Origin: Opitutus sp. GAS368
GTDB lineage: Bacteria; Verrucomicrobiota; Verrucomicrobiia; Opitutales; Opitutaceae
Reading direction: 5' to 3'
Assembly (NCBI GenBank): GCA_945861645.1
Contig: CAMAVZ010000009.1
Span: 1 to 62,532, forward strand
DNA: 62,532 bases
Shown: in pieces, positions 18,509 through 28,804 of the stretch
Numbering within the stretch: position 1 is the first letter of the stretch
Layout: every line of letters begins with the position of its first letter
The notes under the pieces: model-generated
Seen by the model: the letters and a program-made list of their open reading frames with translations, nothing else
Database searches by the model: none
Told to the model about the DNA's origin: nothing
Made by a program: the position numbers and the translations under genes

Positions 18509-20098
18509 TTAAGGCACCTGCTGGTAGGTTGAGTCGGACCAAGGCTTGCGCGGGGTTTTGCTGACTTGGCGACTCGGATTGGCGGCCAAATGTTCCAGAA
18601 TTTTAAAAACAAGTTCTGCTTGGGCGAGCTGGCCAATGGTTTTTGCTAAACTCTCCGCCGTGAAGGCAACTTCTGGGGCTGCGGCCAAGGCCGCCTTGAT
18701 GGCCAGTTTCAGCGTGAGGACTTTACCCGCGGCGAGCTTACCCGCTTCAACGCCGGGTTGGTGGTAGGCATTGATCTTAATTAACGACGCATAAAATCCC
18801 ACCGCCCGCTCGTAAAGCGCGATCAGTCGCCCGATGCTCTGGGGCGAAACCGCATCGATCGTAATGGTGAGGGATGGGCGATTTTTATCACTGAGGGCTT
18901 CGCGCGTGCCGAGCAGAAAGCCTTGGAGAAAATCACCGCTGGTTACGCCGGGTTCAACTTCGAGCGCAGAATCGGTCGCGCGGTCTTTGAGTACTTCAAT
19001 GAAGGTGATAAAAAAATTATCCACGCCATCACGCAGTTGCTGCACATAAGCATGCTGATCGGTGGAACCTTTGTTCCCATAGACCGCGATCCCTTGGTGC
19101 ACAAGGTTGCCCGCCAGATCGCGTTCCTTGCCTAAGGATTCCATGACGAGCTGCTGCAGGTAACGGGAAAAAAGCAGGAGCCGATCTTTGTAGGGGAGTA
19201 TGACCATGTCCTTCGTGCCGTGGCCATCGGTCGCCCAATACCACATTAACGCCAACAAGGCGGCCGGGTTTTCTCGGAGCACGGGCTGACGGGTCGCGAC
19301 GTCCATCGCGGCCGCCCCAGCGAGTAATTGATCAATTTTGATGCCTTGGAGTGCGGCGGGTAGGAGCCCCACGGCGCCCAGGACTGAGGTGCGACCACCG
19401 ATCCAGTCCCACAGGGGAAAACGCGCGAGCCAGCCCTCGTGCTGCGCCAGTCGATCAAGTTGGGAATTCTCGCCGGTAACCGCGATGAAGTGGCGGGGAT
19501 AGTTGAGCCCCGCGGCGCGAAAAGCCGCCTGGGCTTCCACCATGCCGTTGCGCGTTTCGGCCGTGCCGCCAGATTTTGAAATTACCAGAACGAGCGTTTG
19601 CTTTAAGCGCCGGCCTAATTGTTTGAGCACGCAGTCCATGCCATCCGGATCCGTGTTGTCGAAAAAGACTAAGCCCATTTTATCGGGTCCAGCCTTAAGC
19701 CGGCCCAACGCGTGGCTGATAAACTGGGGGCCGAGCACCGAACCACCGATGCCGATGACAAGAACTGCTTTAAATTTCCCTGCCGCCCCGGTGATTTCTC
19801 CTCGGTGTATTTTACCGACTAACATTTTAATTGCTTCAATATTGGAGCTGATCGCAGTGCGCAATTCAGCCGTCGGAGCCAAATGCGCCGCCCGCAACCA
19901 ATAATGTCCAACCATGCGATTTTCATCCGGATTGGCAATGCCTCCGGCTTCCAAGGCCGCCATATCAGCCCAGGCTTGCTGTAAATGCGGCTGCATTTTC
20001 TCGAGGAAATCATCGGGAAATGGCATCCGACTAATGTCGAGCGACAAGCCGAGCTTCGGCTGGGTGTAGTAGAGCGATTGGAAACGAGCCCACGTCAT
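18509..20098 (-). CDS. pgi: Glucose-6-phosphate isomerase
   Basis: [56 protein letters not shown]. Confidence 0.96.
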   Translation of the reverse strand: MTWARFQSLYYTQPKLGLSLDISRMPFPDDFLEKMQPHLQQAWADMAALEAGGIANPDENRMVGHYWLRAAHLAPTAELRTAISSNIEAIKMLVGKIHRGEITGAAGKFKAVLVIGIGGSVLGPQFISHALGRLKAGPDKMGLVFFDNTDPDGMDCVLKQLGRRLKQTLVLVISKSGGTAETRNGMVEAQAAFRAAGLNYPRHFIAVTGENSQLDRLAQHEGWLARFPLWDWIGGRTSVLGAVGLLPAALQGIKIDQLLAGAAAMDVATRQPVLRENPAALLALMWYWATDGHGTKDMVILPYKDRLLLFSRYLQQLVMESLGKERDLAGNLVHQGIAVYGNKGSTDQHAYVQQLRDGVDNFFITFIEVLKDRATDSALEVEPGVTSGDFLQGFLLGTREALSDKNRPSLTITIDAVSPQSIGRLIALYERAVGFYASLIKINAYHQPGVEAGKLAAGKVLTLKLAIKAALAAAPEVAFTAESLAKTIGQLAQAELVFKILEHLAANPSRQVSKTPRKPWSDSTYQQVP

Positions 20099-20205
20099 AT
20101 CCTAAAATGATTAACTGAGTGTCGTGATGGCGGCTAGCTCCAAAACCGACATGTTTTTCGGGATTGCTAGGTCGGCGTGAGGCCGCATTCACTGAAGATT
20201 AAAGT

Positions 20206-21021
20206 ATGTCATTTGATCTCAAGCGCGTGTTGAAAGTGATGCTCTTCGCCTCGAACGGGCCGCTTTCGGTAAAAGATATCCAAACGGCCATCAGCCGTTT
20301 TCATGAGCAAGCCCTGGGCTTGCCCCTCCAAGGAGAAGATGCCCCCGCCGCTGAAGTACCCACCGATGGATCAGTTTCCGTGCCCAGCGAAATAATTGAC
20401 CCCGGGGAACCTTTACCCACACTGGTGGAGGATGACGAATATTATCGCGGTGTGCCGAGTTTGATTACGACCGCGCAAATTCGCGAAGCATTTGAGGTCA
20501 TCTCACTGGAGCTACAAGCGACCGAAAGTGAAATTGTTTTAGTGGAAGGCCACCATGGCTGGCGCTTGGTCACCCATCCGCGCTTTGCTCGCTGGGTGCG
20601 TCTGCTGCGCAATGAACCGCCGCCAGTCCGCTTGAGCGCCACCGCCCTCGAGACTATGGCCGTCATCGCGTATCGTCAGCCCGTGACGCGCGCGGAGATC
20701 GAGCATATCCGCGGGGTATCGGCGGAGGCTGGTTTAAGCAAACTCCTCGAGCGGGATTTGGTCTATGTGGTTGGTCGGGCGGACCAACCTGGGCGTCCTC
20801 TGCAATATGGCACGACGGAATCTTTTCTCGAATTTGTCGGCATTAAATCACTAGATGAATTGCCCTCATCCGATGTGCTTTCTCCCCGCCAAATCGACGC
20901 CTGGCTGCAAACTTCCAATGCACCCCAAGGGGCGAGCGATGCCGAGATGGGCCTCGATGAAACTGAGCAAAGCCAACTCTCTTTAGAAAGAGCTGACGCG
21001 CCGCCGGCGCCGGCGCCGTGA
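20206..21021 (+). CDS. scpB: SMC-Scp complex subunit ScpB
   Basis: LSATALETMAVIAYRQPVTRAEIEHIRGV, GRPLQYGTTESFLEFVGIKSLDELP. Confidence 0.93.
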   Translation: MSFDLKRVLKVMLFASNGPLSVKDIQTAISRFHEQALGLPLQGEDAPAAEVPTDGSVSVPSEIIDPGEPLPTLVEDDEYYRGVPSLITTAQIREAFEVISLELQATESEIVLVEGHHGWRLVTHPRFARWVRLLRNEPPPVRLSATALETMAVIAYRQPVTRAEIEHIRGVSAEAGLSKLLERDLVYVVGRADQPGRPLQYGTTESFLEFVGIKSLDELPSSDVLSPRQIDAWLQTSNAPQGASDAEMGLDETEQSQLSLERADAPPAPAP

Positions 21022-22052
21022 CCCCGCCTCTGCGCATTGGTTTCATCGGCGCGGGTGCCAATACTCGCAGCCGGCACCTGCCGGGCTTTCAGGAGATTCC
21101 GGGGGTGGTCTTGGCTGCCGTGTGCAACCGCAACGAGGAATCTAGTCGGAAAGTAGCTCAAGCATTTGGCATTCCCGTGGTGGCTCCTGATTGGCGTGCG
21201 ATGATTGATTCACCCACGATCGATGCCGTATGCATCGGCACATGGCCGAATCTGCATGCTGAATTGACGATTGCGGCACTCCGCGCCGGCAAGCATGTGC
21301 TGACGGAAGCCCGCATGGCGCGAGATTTAGGCGAAGCGTTGCTCATGTTCGCCGAGGCCCAGCGACATCCTCAACTTGTTGCCCAAATCGTGCCAGCGCC
21401 GATGTCCTTAGCTTTCGATGCTACCATTGTTAAATTAATCAATGCGGGAGTGCTCGGATCCTTACGCGAAGTGTTGGTGATGTGCACCAATAACACCCAA
21501 GCTGATAGCGCCTGGCCCAGTGGCTGGCGCCAAGATCCCCAGCTCAGCGGTAAGAATACGCTCGCCCTTGGGATCTATTACGAAATGACCCTGCGCTGGC
21601 TGGGACGCGGCGTGACTACCCTCAGCGCAGATGCGGCTATTTTCACGCCGCAGCGAAAAAACGCTCAAGGGGAACAGCAGACGATGACGATTCCTGAAAG
21701 GGTGACGGTGCTCGGTCGTTATGCCGATGCGGCCCGCTTTCTCGCTCATTTTAGCAGCGTTGAACTCACCGCACCGCGTAACGAAATTCGCCTCCATGGC
21801 AGTCGCGCCGGACTGCGATTAGATTTTATTACCAATCAACTGTGGCTCACGGAGGCAGCCGGACCAGAGCGATTGGTCGAGATCATGCCCGCGCCGGGCG
21901 ATGCTTGGCGGGTGGAGGCTGATTTTATCGCCAGCATACGCGAGGATCGACCCGTGACCTTAACCGACTTCGCCACGGGGGTCAGCTATATGCGTTTTAC
22001 CGAGGCCGTTTGGGCCTCGTGGAATGAGCAAGGTCGCTGGGTAACAATTTGA
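21018..22052 (+). CDS. Gfo/Idh/MocA family oxidoreductase
   Basis: IGFIGAG Rossmann motif, IDAVCIGT, AGKHVLTEARMA; 4-nt overlap with scpB. Confidence 0.9.
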   Translation: MTPPLRIGFIGAGANTRSRHLPGFQEIPGVVLAAVCNRNEESSRKVAQAFGIPVVAPDWRAMIDSPTIDAVCIGTWPNLHAELTIAALRAGKHVLTEARMARDLGEALLMFAEAQRHPQLVAQIVPAPMSLAFDATIVKLINAGVLGSLREVLVMCTNNTQADSAWPSGWRQDPQLSGKNTLALGIYYEMTLRWLGRGVTTLSADAAIFTPQRKNAQGEQQTMTIPERVTVLGRYADAARFLAHFSSVELTAPRNEIRLHGSRAGLRLDFITNQLWLTEAAGPERLVEIMPAPGDAWRVEADFIASIREDRPVTLTDFATGVSYMRFTEAVWASWNEQGRWVTI

Positions 22053-22055
22053 GTT

Positions 22056-22347
22056 TTAGAGTGTGCGGTGGACGAGATAAAACACCCCTAACCCTAGAGC
22101 CAATAGGCCGAATGCAGCCGCAAAGGAAGAGCTAGCAGCCTAATTTAGCCTTGGCTTGTGACGCAGCAGGATCGCGCTGGTATGGCGCGAGAATGGCCTC
22201 GGCCGTCGACTCTAGGCGTTCTGGACCGATCGGTCGTCGCGGCCAAGGTCGGCGGATCGAGTTCTGGGCGATCGCTTGATCAATCCGATCGAGCTGGGTC
22301 TGAGCGAGGGTGCATTGACGCTGTAAATCCGTAAGACGATTCGACCC
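22056..22347 (-). pseudogene. Degraded small membrane protein gene (no start codon, internal TAG, frameshift)
   Basis: Hand translation: (G)SNRLTDLQRQCTLAQTQLDRIDQAIAQ...AEAILAPYQRDPAASQAKAKLGC*LF, then a frameshift to FAAAFGLLALGLGVFYLVHRTL*. TAG at 22132-22134, frameshift near 22125. Confidence 0.6.
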
Positions 22348-22427
22348 AGAAAATAGGCAGTAACTTCAGCGGGGATTCGCTAGGATCAGCTCAAGGCGCA
22401 CCTTGGGGATCAGACGCTGCTGGAGTC

Positions 22428-22456
22428 AAAAAAAGGCGCACCGTGAAGGGTGCGCC
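22428..22456 (-). terminator. Rho-independent terminator of rplU-rpmA
   Basis: Minus strand GGCGCACC-CTTCAC-GGTGCGCC-TTTTTTT. Confidence 0.85.
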
Positions 22457-22478
22457 GCAAGACAGATGATTGATTCGA

Positions 22479-22718
22479 TTAGACGACGTTAACTTTGCGA
22501 TGAGCCTTATCGAACTCAACGGTGCCATCGCGCAAGGCGAAGAGAGTCCAATCGCGACCCACGCCTACGCCCTTGCCGGGATGGTGCTTGGAGCCGCGCT
22601 GACGCACGATGATGCCGCCGGCGAGAACTTTCTGACCGCCAAACAGCTTGATGCCGAGACGCTTCGCTGTGCTATCGCGACCGTTGCTCGATGATTTTTG
22701 ACCTGTTTTATGTGCCAT
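22479..22718 (-). CDS. rpmA: 50S ribosomal protein L27
   Basis: [24 protein letters not shown]...IIVRQRG...[14 protein letters not shown]. Confidence 0.97.
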   Translation of the reverse strand: MAHKTGQKSSSNGRDSTAKRLGIKLFGGQKVLAGGIIVRQRGSKHHPGKGVGVGRDWTLFALRDGTVEFDKAHRKVNVV

Positions 22719-22730
22719 GACAGTGGGTGC

Positions 22731-23045
22731 TTAAAGGGTGATAGACTCGATTTTGATGACCGAGAGTTCTTGGCGATGACCGCGTTTACGCTCCATGCCC
22801 TTGCGCTTCTTCTTTTTGAAAACGATGACTTTCTTGGCGCGCTTGTTTTCGAGGACCTTGGCCTTAACCGAGGCACCGACGAGGAAGGGGGTACCAACCT
22901 TAAAATTTTCGCCTTCGCCAGCGGCGAGGACTTCATTGATTTCAATCGTGGAACCGGTCTCCGTCTTGGGATAGCGATCGACGATGAGGATATCGCCCTC
23001 GCTGACCGAGAACTGCTTGCCCTGAGTTTTGATAGTGGCTTTCAT
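22731..23045 (-). CDS. rplU: 50S ribosomal protein L21
   Basis: [46 protein letters not shown]; directly upstream of rpmA. Confidence 0.96.
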   Translation of the reverse strand: MKATIKTQGKQFSVSEGDILIVDRYPKTETGSTIEINEVLAAGEGENFKVGTPFLVGASVKAKVLENKRAKKVIVFKKKKRKGMERKRGHRQELSVIKIESITL

Positions 23046-23118
23046 AAGTTCAAAGGGCGAAATAAGGGGAGTGCCTAGCGGGTAAGCAAGAATTATTTTA
23101 TTCGAGAGCAAAACTTCT

Positions 23119-24534
23119 CTAACGTCCGCGCTTTTCGGGCTTAACGAAGAGGTAGTTAACTAAGAAACTTAGCCCAAGTACCCCGCTTAATGTGCGAATA
23201 TTCCGCATCGCCCCAACGACGGTTCTCAGCTCACTAGCTGCTGGTTCTTTGATTTTAATTAAAAACAGGCAGCTTAGTATGGATAAAATAGGCTGAACCA
23301 AGAAAGCAACGTGGTAAACAGTTAATGGAGAGTATTCTTGCGAAATTCCCCAGGCGAGTGCCTGTCCGCCAATAATGGGTGAAATGGCGGCGACCAGCGA
23401 GGTAACCGCTAAATTGAGCCCAATCGCCATACTTTTGGCCTCAGCGGGGATCAATTTCAGCAGGATAATAAACATGCCGAGAGCAAAGCCGGCACTCCAA
23501 CCGCCACCGATGAGCCACATGGGGTAAAGCATCCAGCTATTGGCGGGGGTCATGAAACAATATAAAAAATTCTGCAGCTGGCCGAGCATGAGACCGACGG
23601 TCATAACCGCCTTATTGCCATAGCGGTCCAGTAATTGTCCCCAGACGGAGAGCGAAAAAACTCCGCCCAGCGCCGCCAACGTGGCTAATAATCCGACTTG
23701 CGTGCCGGAAAAATCCAATTCCTCAAAAATAAAAACATGATAAAAAGGTCCAAAGCAATTCGCCGCGAAAGACCAAATTGAGCCGAAAACAATATAAAGC
23801 AGGAGGGACCGCGACTGAGCCACGATTCGGACCTGCTCAAGCAAAGGGCGCTCCGGTTTAATTAATTTTGGCTGAGCGGGGCGAACGCCTGGCATCTGGA
23901 AAAAATAATACAGCGAGATGAAGCGGGCAAAGCAGGCGACCCCAATGACGCCCTGAAAAGTGGCGATGGCGTAATGGCCACGGGAGAGGGCAAAGCCGAG
24001 AAGCAGGACAAAAACGAGCGTGGCCACTTGGGAATAGCGATTGCGCTGGGCAAAGTAGCGACCCCGCAGGCGCGGCGGCACTAGCTCATGCATCCAGCTA
24101 TTCCAGGCCAGACTCAGCGAGGCATTAAACAAACTAGCCAAGAAAAACCAGGGCAGCAGGAATTTCGCCACCGCGACAGGATCAGCGAGCGGCAAAGCGG
24201 GTAATTTCCAACCGAGCCAGCCCCAACAAACCAAATGCAGACTGGCGAGGGCAATGGCGGTGGGTTTGACCCGATACCAACGCGCCACAAAGGGAGAATA
24301 AAAAATTTGCAAAAAATTACAAACGAAGGGCAGCGAAGTCAGATTCCCAATGGTGGGCTTGGAGAGGGCAAAGCCCTTCGTAATGAGCGCCGTAATAAAA
24401 ATATTAACCGGCAGCGACATCGTCACAATCGGCACCGACAAGATGCCCTCCAGCGTGCTGGCGCGCAGCCCCAGTCGGAGTTGAGCCCGATGCAGGTGGG
24501 GCGGGACTGAGTTTGCTTGTAACATCGCGCGCAT
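23119..24534 (-). CDS. MFS transporter
   Basis: About 12 hydrophobic helices; [12 protein letters not shown] and [11 protein letters not shown] loop motifs. Confidence 0.85.
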   Translation of the reverse strand: MRAMLQANSVPPHLHRAQLRLGLRASTLEGILSVPIVTMSLPVNIFITALITKGFALSKPTIGNLTSLPFVCNFLQIFYSPFVARWYRVKPTAIALASLHLVCWGWLGWKLPALPLADPVAVAKFLLPWFFLASLFNASLSLAWNSWMHELVPPRLRGRYFAQRNRYSQVATLVFVLLLGFALSRGHYAIATFQGVIGVACFARFISLYYFFQMPGVRPAQPKLIKPERPLLEQVRIVAQSRSLLLYIVFGSIWSFAANCFGPFYHVFIFEELDFSGTQVGLLATLAALGGVFSLSVWGQLLDRYGNKAVMTVGLMLGQLQNFLYCFMTPANSWMLYPMWLIGGGWSAGFALGMFIILLKLIPAEAKSMAIGLNLAVTSLVAAISPIIGGQALAWGISQEYSPLTVYHVAFLVQPILSILSCLFLIKIKEPAASELRTVVGAMRNIRTLSGVLGLSFLVNYLFVKPEKRGR

Positions 24535-24647
24535 GCTGAGTGACGGGAGGAGGACGTAAACCTGAAATTCTTTATTTTACGTGACGCTAAGCTTAGAGCC
24601 CAGCGATCGATCCGCGGCCCCCAAGCATCGGCCCGAGGCTGCTGCGA

Positions 24648-25415
24648 TTATTTGGCGACGGCGGGAGCCTGATAGTCACTGAGCAGCAAAGTAGCCGCGC
24701 CAAAATTTAATTTGAGCTGCATTTTGACCGGCAAATTACTGGCATCTTGGGCGATCCAGACTTTGATTTCACCGCCTTTTTTAAAGAGCCCCTTGGGGTT
24801 ATTTTCCATGCGCGGAATCAAAACCAGCGTTTGGTAAACGCCGAGCGGCGTGCGCACTTCTTCATAATGATCGGCGTAAATTGATAGGAGGTAGAACTCT
24901 CGACCGAATTGGACGAGGAGATCGCGTTTCATCCCAGGCTGCAGGTGCCAGTCACGCGTCTGGACCAGGGCGCTGATAAGATCGACGGGATTCCCCTCGG
25001 GTAGGGCTATTTTAGTCGAACGCTGCGGCCGAACCCGGTCGGTGTATTGGGCGGTCCGAGTCGTGTAATCGAAGATTATCTCAGTATCGGTCGCCCGCTT
25101 CGGATCAGCCCCGCTCTCTTGGACGCGGAGCATGCGGCCTGAGGCCTGCTCGATGACGACGGCCGCCTGGTTATCGAAAGCATAGAGCCGACGAACGATG
25201 CCGTTCGACTTGGTGTTGGTCGTAATGCGGATCACGTTCACGTCCGCCTGTTGCTCCGCATGCGCGGCAATCGTGAGATCACCAGCGTGCGGAAAAATCG
25301 CAAAACTCACCCGGTAGGTAAAAGACTCGCCATCGCGGAAAGCCGTCAAGGGCGCGGCGTAACCGATTCCAGCCAGCGAAAGGAGAAGAAAAATATTTTG
25401 GCTGAGCAAGCGCAT
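24648..25415 (-). CDS. DUF3108-like secreted protein
   Basis: Signal peptide; GESFTYRV, DLISAL, VRTPLGVYQT, IKVWIAQDASNLPVKM pattern typical of DUF3108. Confidence 0.7.
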   Translation of the reverse strand: MRLLSQNIFLLLSLAGIGYAAPLTAFRDGESFTYRVSFAIFPHAGDLTIAAHAEQQADVNVIRITTNTKSNGIVRRLYAFDNQAAVVIEQASGRMLRVQESGADPKRATDTEIIFDYTTRTAQYTDRVRPQRSTKIALPEGNPVDLISALVQTRDWHLQPGMKRDLLVQFGREFYLLSIYADHYEEVRTPLGVYQTLVLIPRMENNPKGLFKKGGEIKVWIAQDASNLPVKMQLKLNFGAATLLLSDYQAPAVAK

Positions 25416-25432
25416 CAGAAAAAAAGGTGCCC

Positions 25433-26434
25433 TCAGGTTGAGCCAACGTTTGTGGAGATGGGAAGCTCCATTTGATTTTGTTTTCCTATGGCCCAAGCCT
25501 CGATGCCGCGCGCCCGCAGGGTGGCGGCGAATTCTTGGGCAAAGCCGTGCAAGGTATAAACTATTTTGGGTTGAACCCGCTCAACGAGCGCCAGCAAATC
25601 GGGGAAATCGGCGTGATCCGAAAGCGGGAAGGCCTCATCACAGCCATAGCGGAATTTCGCCCTCGGATCGAGCGCCCAGCCGGTAGCGATGGCGGTGCGT
25701 TTGGGGTGAATCCACGTCAGCGGGGCGGTCGACGCGGTCAGGGGTGGCGCGATAATTACGTGACCAGCGTAGGCCTTCTCGTTGAGCAAACTATACGGCG
25801 GTAGTTTCATGCCCAGCTCTGCATAACGCTTGGTCAGGCGGTGCCCGTGAGCATGCAACATAACCGGCAGACCGGCGCCTCCGACAATTTGCAATAATTC
25901 CTGCGTCTTACCCAAGGCATAGCCATAAAGTACCGGGGTGATTTTGGCGGCCAGCGCCTCGCGACAAAAAGCGACAATCCGCTGCTCAACCTCGGCCGCT
26001 GGGGGTAAGACATAGCGCGGCAGTCCAAAGGTAGTCTCCATGATGAGTACATCCGCGCGCGGAGTTTCACACGGTTCCGCCGCGTGGCTCGCGCGAAGTT
26101 TGAAATCCCCTGTGTAAAGTAGCGTGCCTTGGTCCGTGGTGGCGTGCAGCATCGCCGACCCAAAGATATGGCCGGCGGGAAAGAGCTGAAACTCGGCGCC
26201 AAATTCCGCGGCCCAGGGCTGGCGGAAATCGAGGATCGTCTCGTGCCGCCGACCGGAGAGCCGCAAGCGCATGAGGCTGGCCGTCGTGCGCGTCGCGACA
26301 ATTTCGCGATGGGCGGCGATATGATCCCCATGCGCATGCGAGACAAAGGAACGCAATTGGACGGCGCGAGCGTCGAGCCACCAGCCGATTTGGGGCAAAT
26401 GGACCCCGTCTTTGAAACGAACTTCCCAGGACAT
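25433..26434 (-). CDS. MBL-fold beta-CASP nuclease (ligase-associated DNA-damage exonuclease-like)
   Basis: SHAHGDH, AGHIFGSA, YTGDF, ETTFGLP, YALGKTQE, LSDHAD, HGF. Confidence 0.85.
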   Translation of the reverse strand: MSWEVRFKDGVHLPQIGWWLDARAVQLRSFVSHAHGDHIAAHREIVATRTTASLMRLRLSGRRHETILDFRQPWAAEFGAEFQLFPAGHIFGSAMLHATTDQGTLLYTGDFKLRASHAAEPCETPRADVLIMETTFGLPRYVLPPAAEVEQRIVAFCREALAAKITPVLYGYALGKTQELLQIVGGAGLPVMLHAHGHRLTKRYAELGMKLPPYSLLNEKAYAGHVIIAPPLTASTAPLTWIHPKRTAIATGWALDPRAKFRYGCDEAFPLSDHADFPDLLALVERVQPKIVYTLHGFAQEFAATLRARGIEAWAIGKQNQMELPISTNVGST

Positions 26435-26475
26435 GAGAACGGCGCAGGAATCGCGTTAAGGCGGGCCCGAATTCA

Positions 26476-28803
26476 TCAGCGTCCGCCAGAGTTTTCGACG
26501 GCGCGATGTTTGGCAAATAACCAGCGGGCCAGGGCGGGCATGAGCAGCATTGCTCCGAGCATGTTGCAGAGGAACATAAAGGCGAGCAGGACCCCCATAT
26601 CAGCTTGAAACTTAATGGCCGAGAAAGCCCACGTGCCAACGCCAATGGAAAGTGCCAGCCCGGTGAATACGACGGATGTGCCCATGGTCGCGAAGGATTC
26701 GCCTAAAGCGTCCTCGAGTGATTTACCTTCGCGAATTTTCTCCAGCAGCGCCGAGCAAAGATAGATGCCATAGTCGACGCCGATGCCAACCCCCAGCGCC
26801 ACGACCGGCAGGGTCGAGGTTTTTAAGCCGATCTGCAAATAGACCATAATCGCGTAAGCCAGATCGGACACGATGATCAGTGGCAGCACGACGCAAACCG
26901 TGGCCCGCCAAGAGCGAAATGAAACCAGGCAAAGCAGAATAATCGCAATATAGAGCCACATTACCATGGGGAATTGGGCTGATTCCACCACTTCGTTTGT
27001 CGCGGCCATCACGCCGACATTACCGGTCGCGAGCTGGAATTTGACTGGCCCCGTAGCGTGGTTCGCCCGAAATGCTTTAACCGCTGCAATCACCCGCTTG
27101 ATGGTCTCAGCTTTATGATCCGTGAGATAAATCATGACTGGAATTACACTGCCATCGTTATTCAAGAGACCGGTTGAGGTTTCGACCGGCGAGACCGATT
27201 GGGCCAGCATGGCTTTATTTCGCGGAATAGTTCTCCACTTGAGACTGCCTTCGTTCCAACCGGCGGATATTGTTTTGGCCACGTCGGTGAGCGCGAGGGT
27301 GGACTTAACTCCAGGAAGATTGCGCATCTGCCAGCTAAATTGATCGATCAAGGCCATGACCTCATGGTCAATCACCCCATTGGGAATCGTTTCGGCAATA
27401 ACGGTGATCACATCAACTCCGATACTAAATTTGGCGGTGATCGCCGCCGTATCTTGATTGTAGCGCGAGCTTTGCCGGAGCTCAGGAACGCCGGCGTGCA
27501 TGTCGCCAATTTTAACCTGCTGGGACTTAATGAAGCCGAATGTCCAGCAACCCACCGTCACGGCAATAATGATTAAAGCATTAGGGCCGGTCGTAAATTT
27601 CACCAGCTTGCGCCACAGCGGTTGGAGCGCAAAACGACGCAGATTAACCCGTTTGCGGAAATCCGGCGCCATCGTCGTGTAGGTCAGCAAGACCGGCAGT
27701 AAAAACCGATCGGTGAGGATGATGAGGGTGACGCCAAGGCTGGCTGTGATCGCCAATTCTTGAATAATGGGGACTTTCACTAGGTAGATCGTGAGGAAGC
27801 CCACGGTGTCCGTGAGGATAGCGACGGTTCCCGGAATAAATAAATTGCTGAAGGAAGCGCGGGCCGCGAGCTGCTCGTCACGGCCAACATAAAACTCGTG
27901 CCGGAAGGATCGCAGCATTTGCGTCGCGTGACTCAAGGCGATCGCGAAGACCAGGAACGGCACTAAGATTGACAGGGGATCGATGCCGAAGCCGAAAAGA
28001 TAGAGCAGGCCCAATTGCCAGATCACGGCGCACGCGGAAGTGACTAACGGGAGAACGGTTAAAATCAGCGACTGGGAAAAATAATAGAGCAGCCCAGCGG
28101 AAATAATTATGGCGATACCGAAGAAAAGGAGCACGCCGCGCGCGCCATCGGTAATGTCGCCAATGACTTTGGCGAAGCCGATGATATGAATAGTGACCGC
28201 GGGGGATTGGTATTTAGCGCGAATCTTCGATTCCAGCGCATCGGCTACTTCCGCGTAGACAAGTTTTCGGCCTGTTTGCGGATCAACTTCCAGCAGCGAT
28301 ACGATAATAATCGCCCCCGTAAAATCATTGGCCACGAGCTGGCCGACGCGGCCTGATTTAATGATGTTTTGGCGTACGCGTTCAAGGCCGGCGGCATTCG
28401 GCACAAAATCAGCCGGTATAATATTGCCCCCTTGCAGACCATCTTCGACGACCTCGAGATAGCGGACATTCGGGGTGAAAATCGAAGTGACTTGCGCCCG
28501 ATCGACCCCCGGCAGGTAATACGATTCATCGGTGACCGCTTTGAGCGTTTGGAAAAAACTGGGCGTAAAAATATCGCCCTGCGACGCGTGCAGCGCGATG
28601 ACGATGCGATTAGCCCCGCCAAATTGCTCCTGATATTTGATGAAATTCCGAATGTACTCATGGTCGCTCGGCAGCTGTTTATTGAAACTGGCGTCGACGT
28701 GGGTCTTGCTCGCAAAAAAGCTGAGGAGGATGGTGAGGCCGGCAAATACCGCGACCGTGAGGTGACGGTGCCCGAAGATTATTTTTTCAATCGCGCGCAA
28801 CAT
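26476..28803 (-). CDS. RND/MMPL family transporter
   Basis: Two repeats of 1 TM + periplasmic domain + 5 TM; GVGIGVDYGIY motif; context of DUF1302/DUF1329/YCF48. Confidence 0.9.
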   Translation of the reverse strand: MLRAIEKIIFGHRHLTVAVFAGLTILLSFFASKTHVDASFNKQLPSDHEYIRNFIKYQEQFGGANRIVIALHASQGDIFTPSFFQTLKAVTDESYYLPGVDRAQVTSIFTPNVRYLEVVEDGLQGGNIIPADFVPNAAGLERVRQNIIKSGRVGQLVANDFTGAIIIVSLLEVDPQTGRKLVYAEVADALESKIRAKYQSPAVTIHIIGFAKVIGDITDGARGVLLFFGIAIIISAGLLYYFSQSLILTVLPLVTSACAVIWQLGLLYLFGFGIDPLSILVPFLVFAIALSHATQMLRSFRHEFYVGRDEQLAARASFSNLFIPGTVAILTDTVGFLTIYLVKVPIIQELAITASLGVTLIILTDRFLLPVLLTYTTMAPDFRKRVNLRRFALQPLWRKLVKFTTGPNALIIIAVTVGCWTFGFIKSQQVKIGDMHAGVPELRQSSRYNQDTAAITAKFSIGVDVITVIAETIPNGVIDHEVMALIDQFSWQMRNLPGVKSTLALTDVAKTISAGWNEGSLKWRTIPRNKAMLAQSVSPVETSTGLLNNDGSVIPVMIYLTDHKAETIKRVIAAVKAFRANHATGPVKFQLATGNVGVMAATNEVVESAQFPMVMWLYIAIILLCLVSFRSWRATVCVVLPLIIVSDLAYAIMVYLQIGLKTSTLPVVALGVGIGVDYGIYLCSALLEKIREGKSLEDALGESFATMGTSVVFTGLALSIGVGTWAFSAIKFQADMGVLLAFMFLCNMLGAMLLMPALARWLFAKHRAVENSGGR

Positions 28804-28804
28804 C

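Noticed and set aside
22260-22352. Possible structured ncRNA or tRNA-Tyr-like sequence (CTGGGTC...GACCCAG, CTGTAAATC, TTCGA)
   Set aside because: No cloverleaf can be formed, and the region is better explained as the minus-strand pseudogene.
22392-22442. 10-bp direct repeat AAGGCGCACC near the rpmA terminator
   Set aside because: Only two short copies, one being the terminator arm; no array or mobile-element context.
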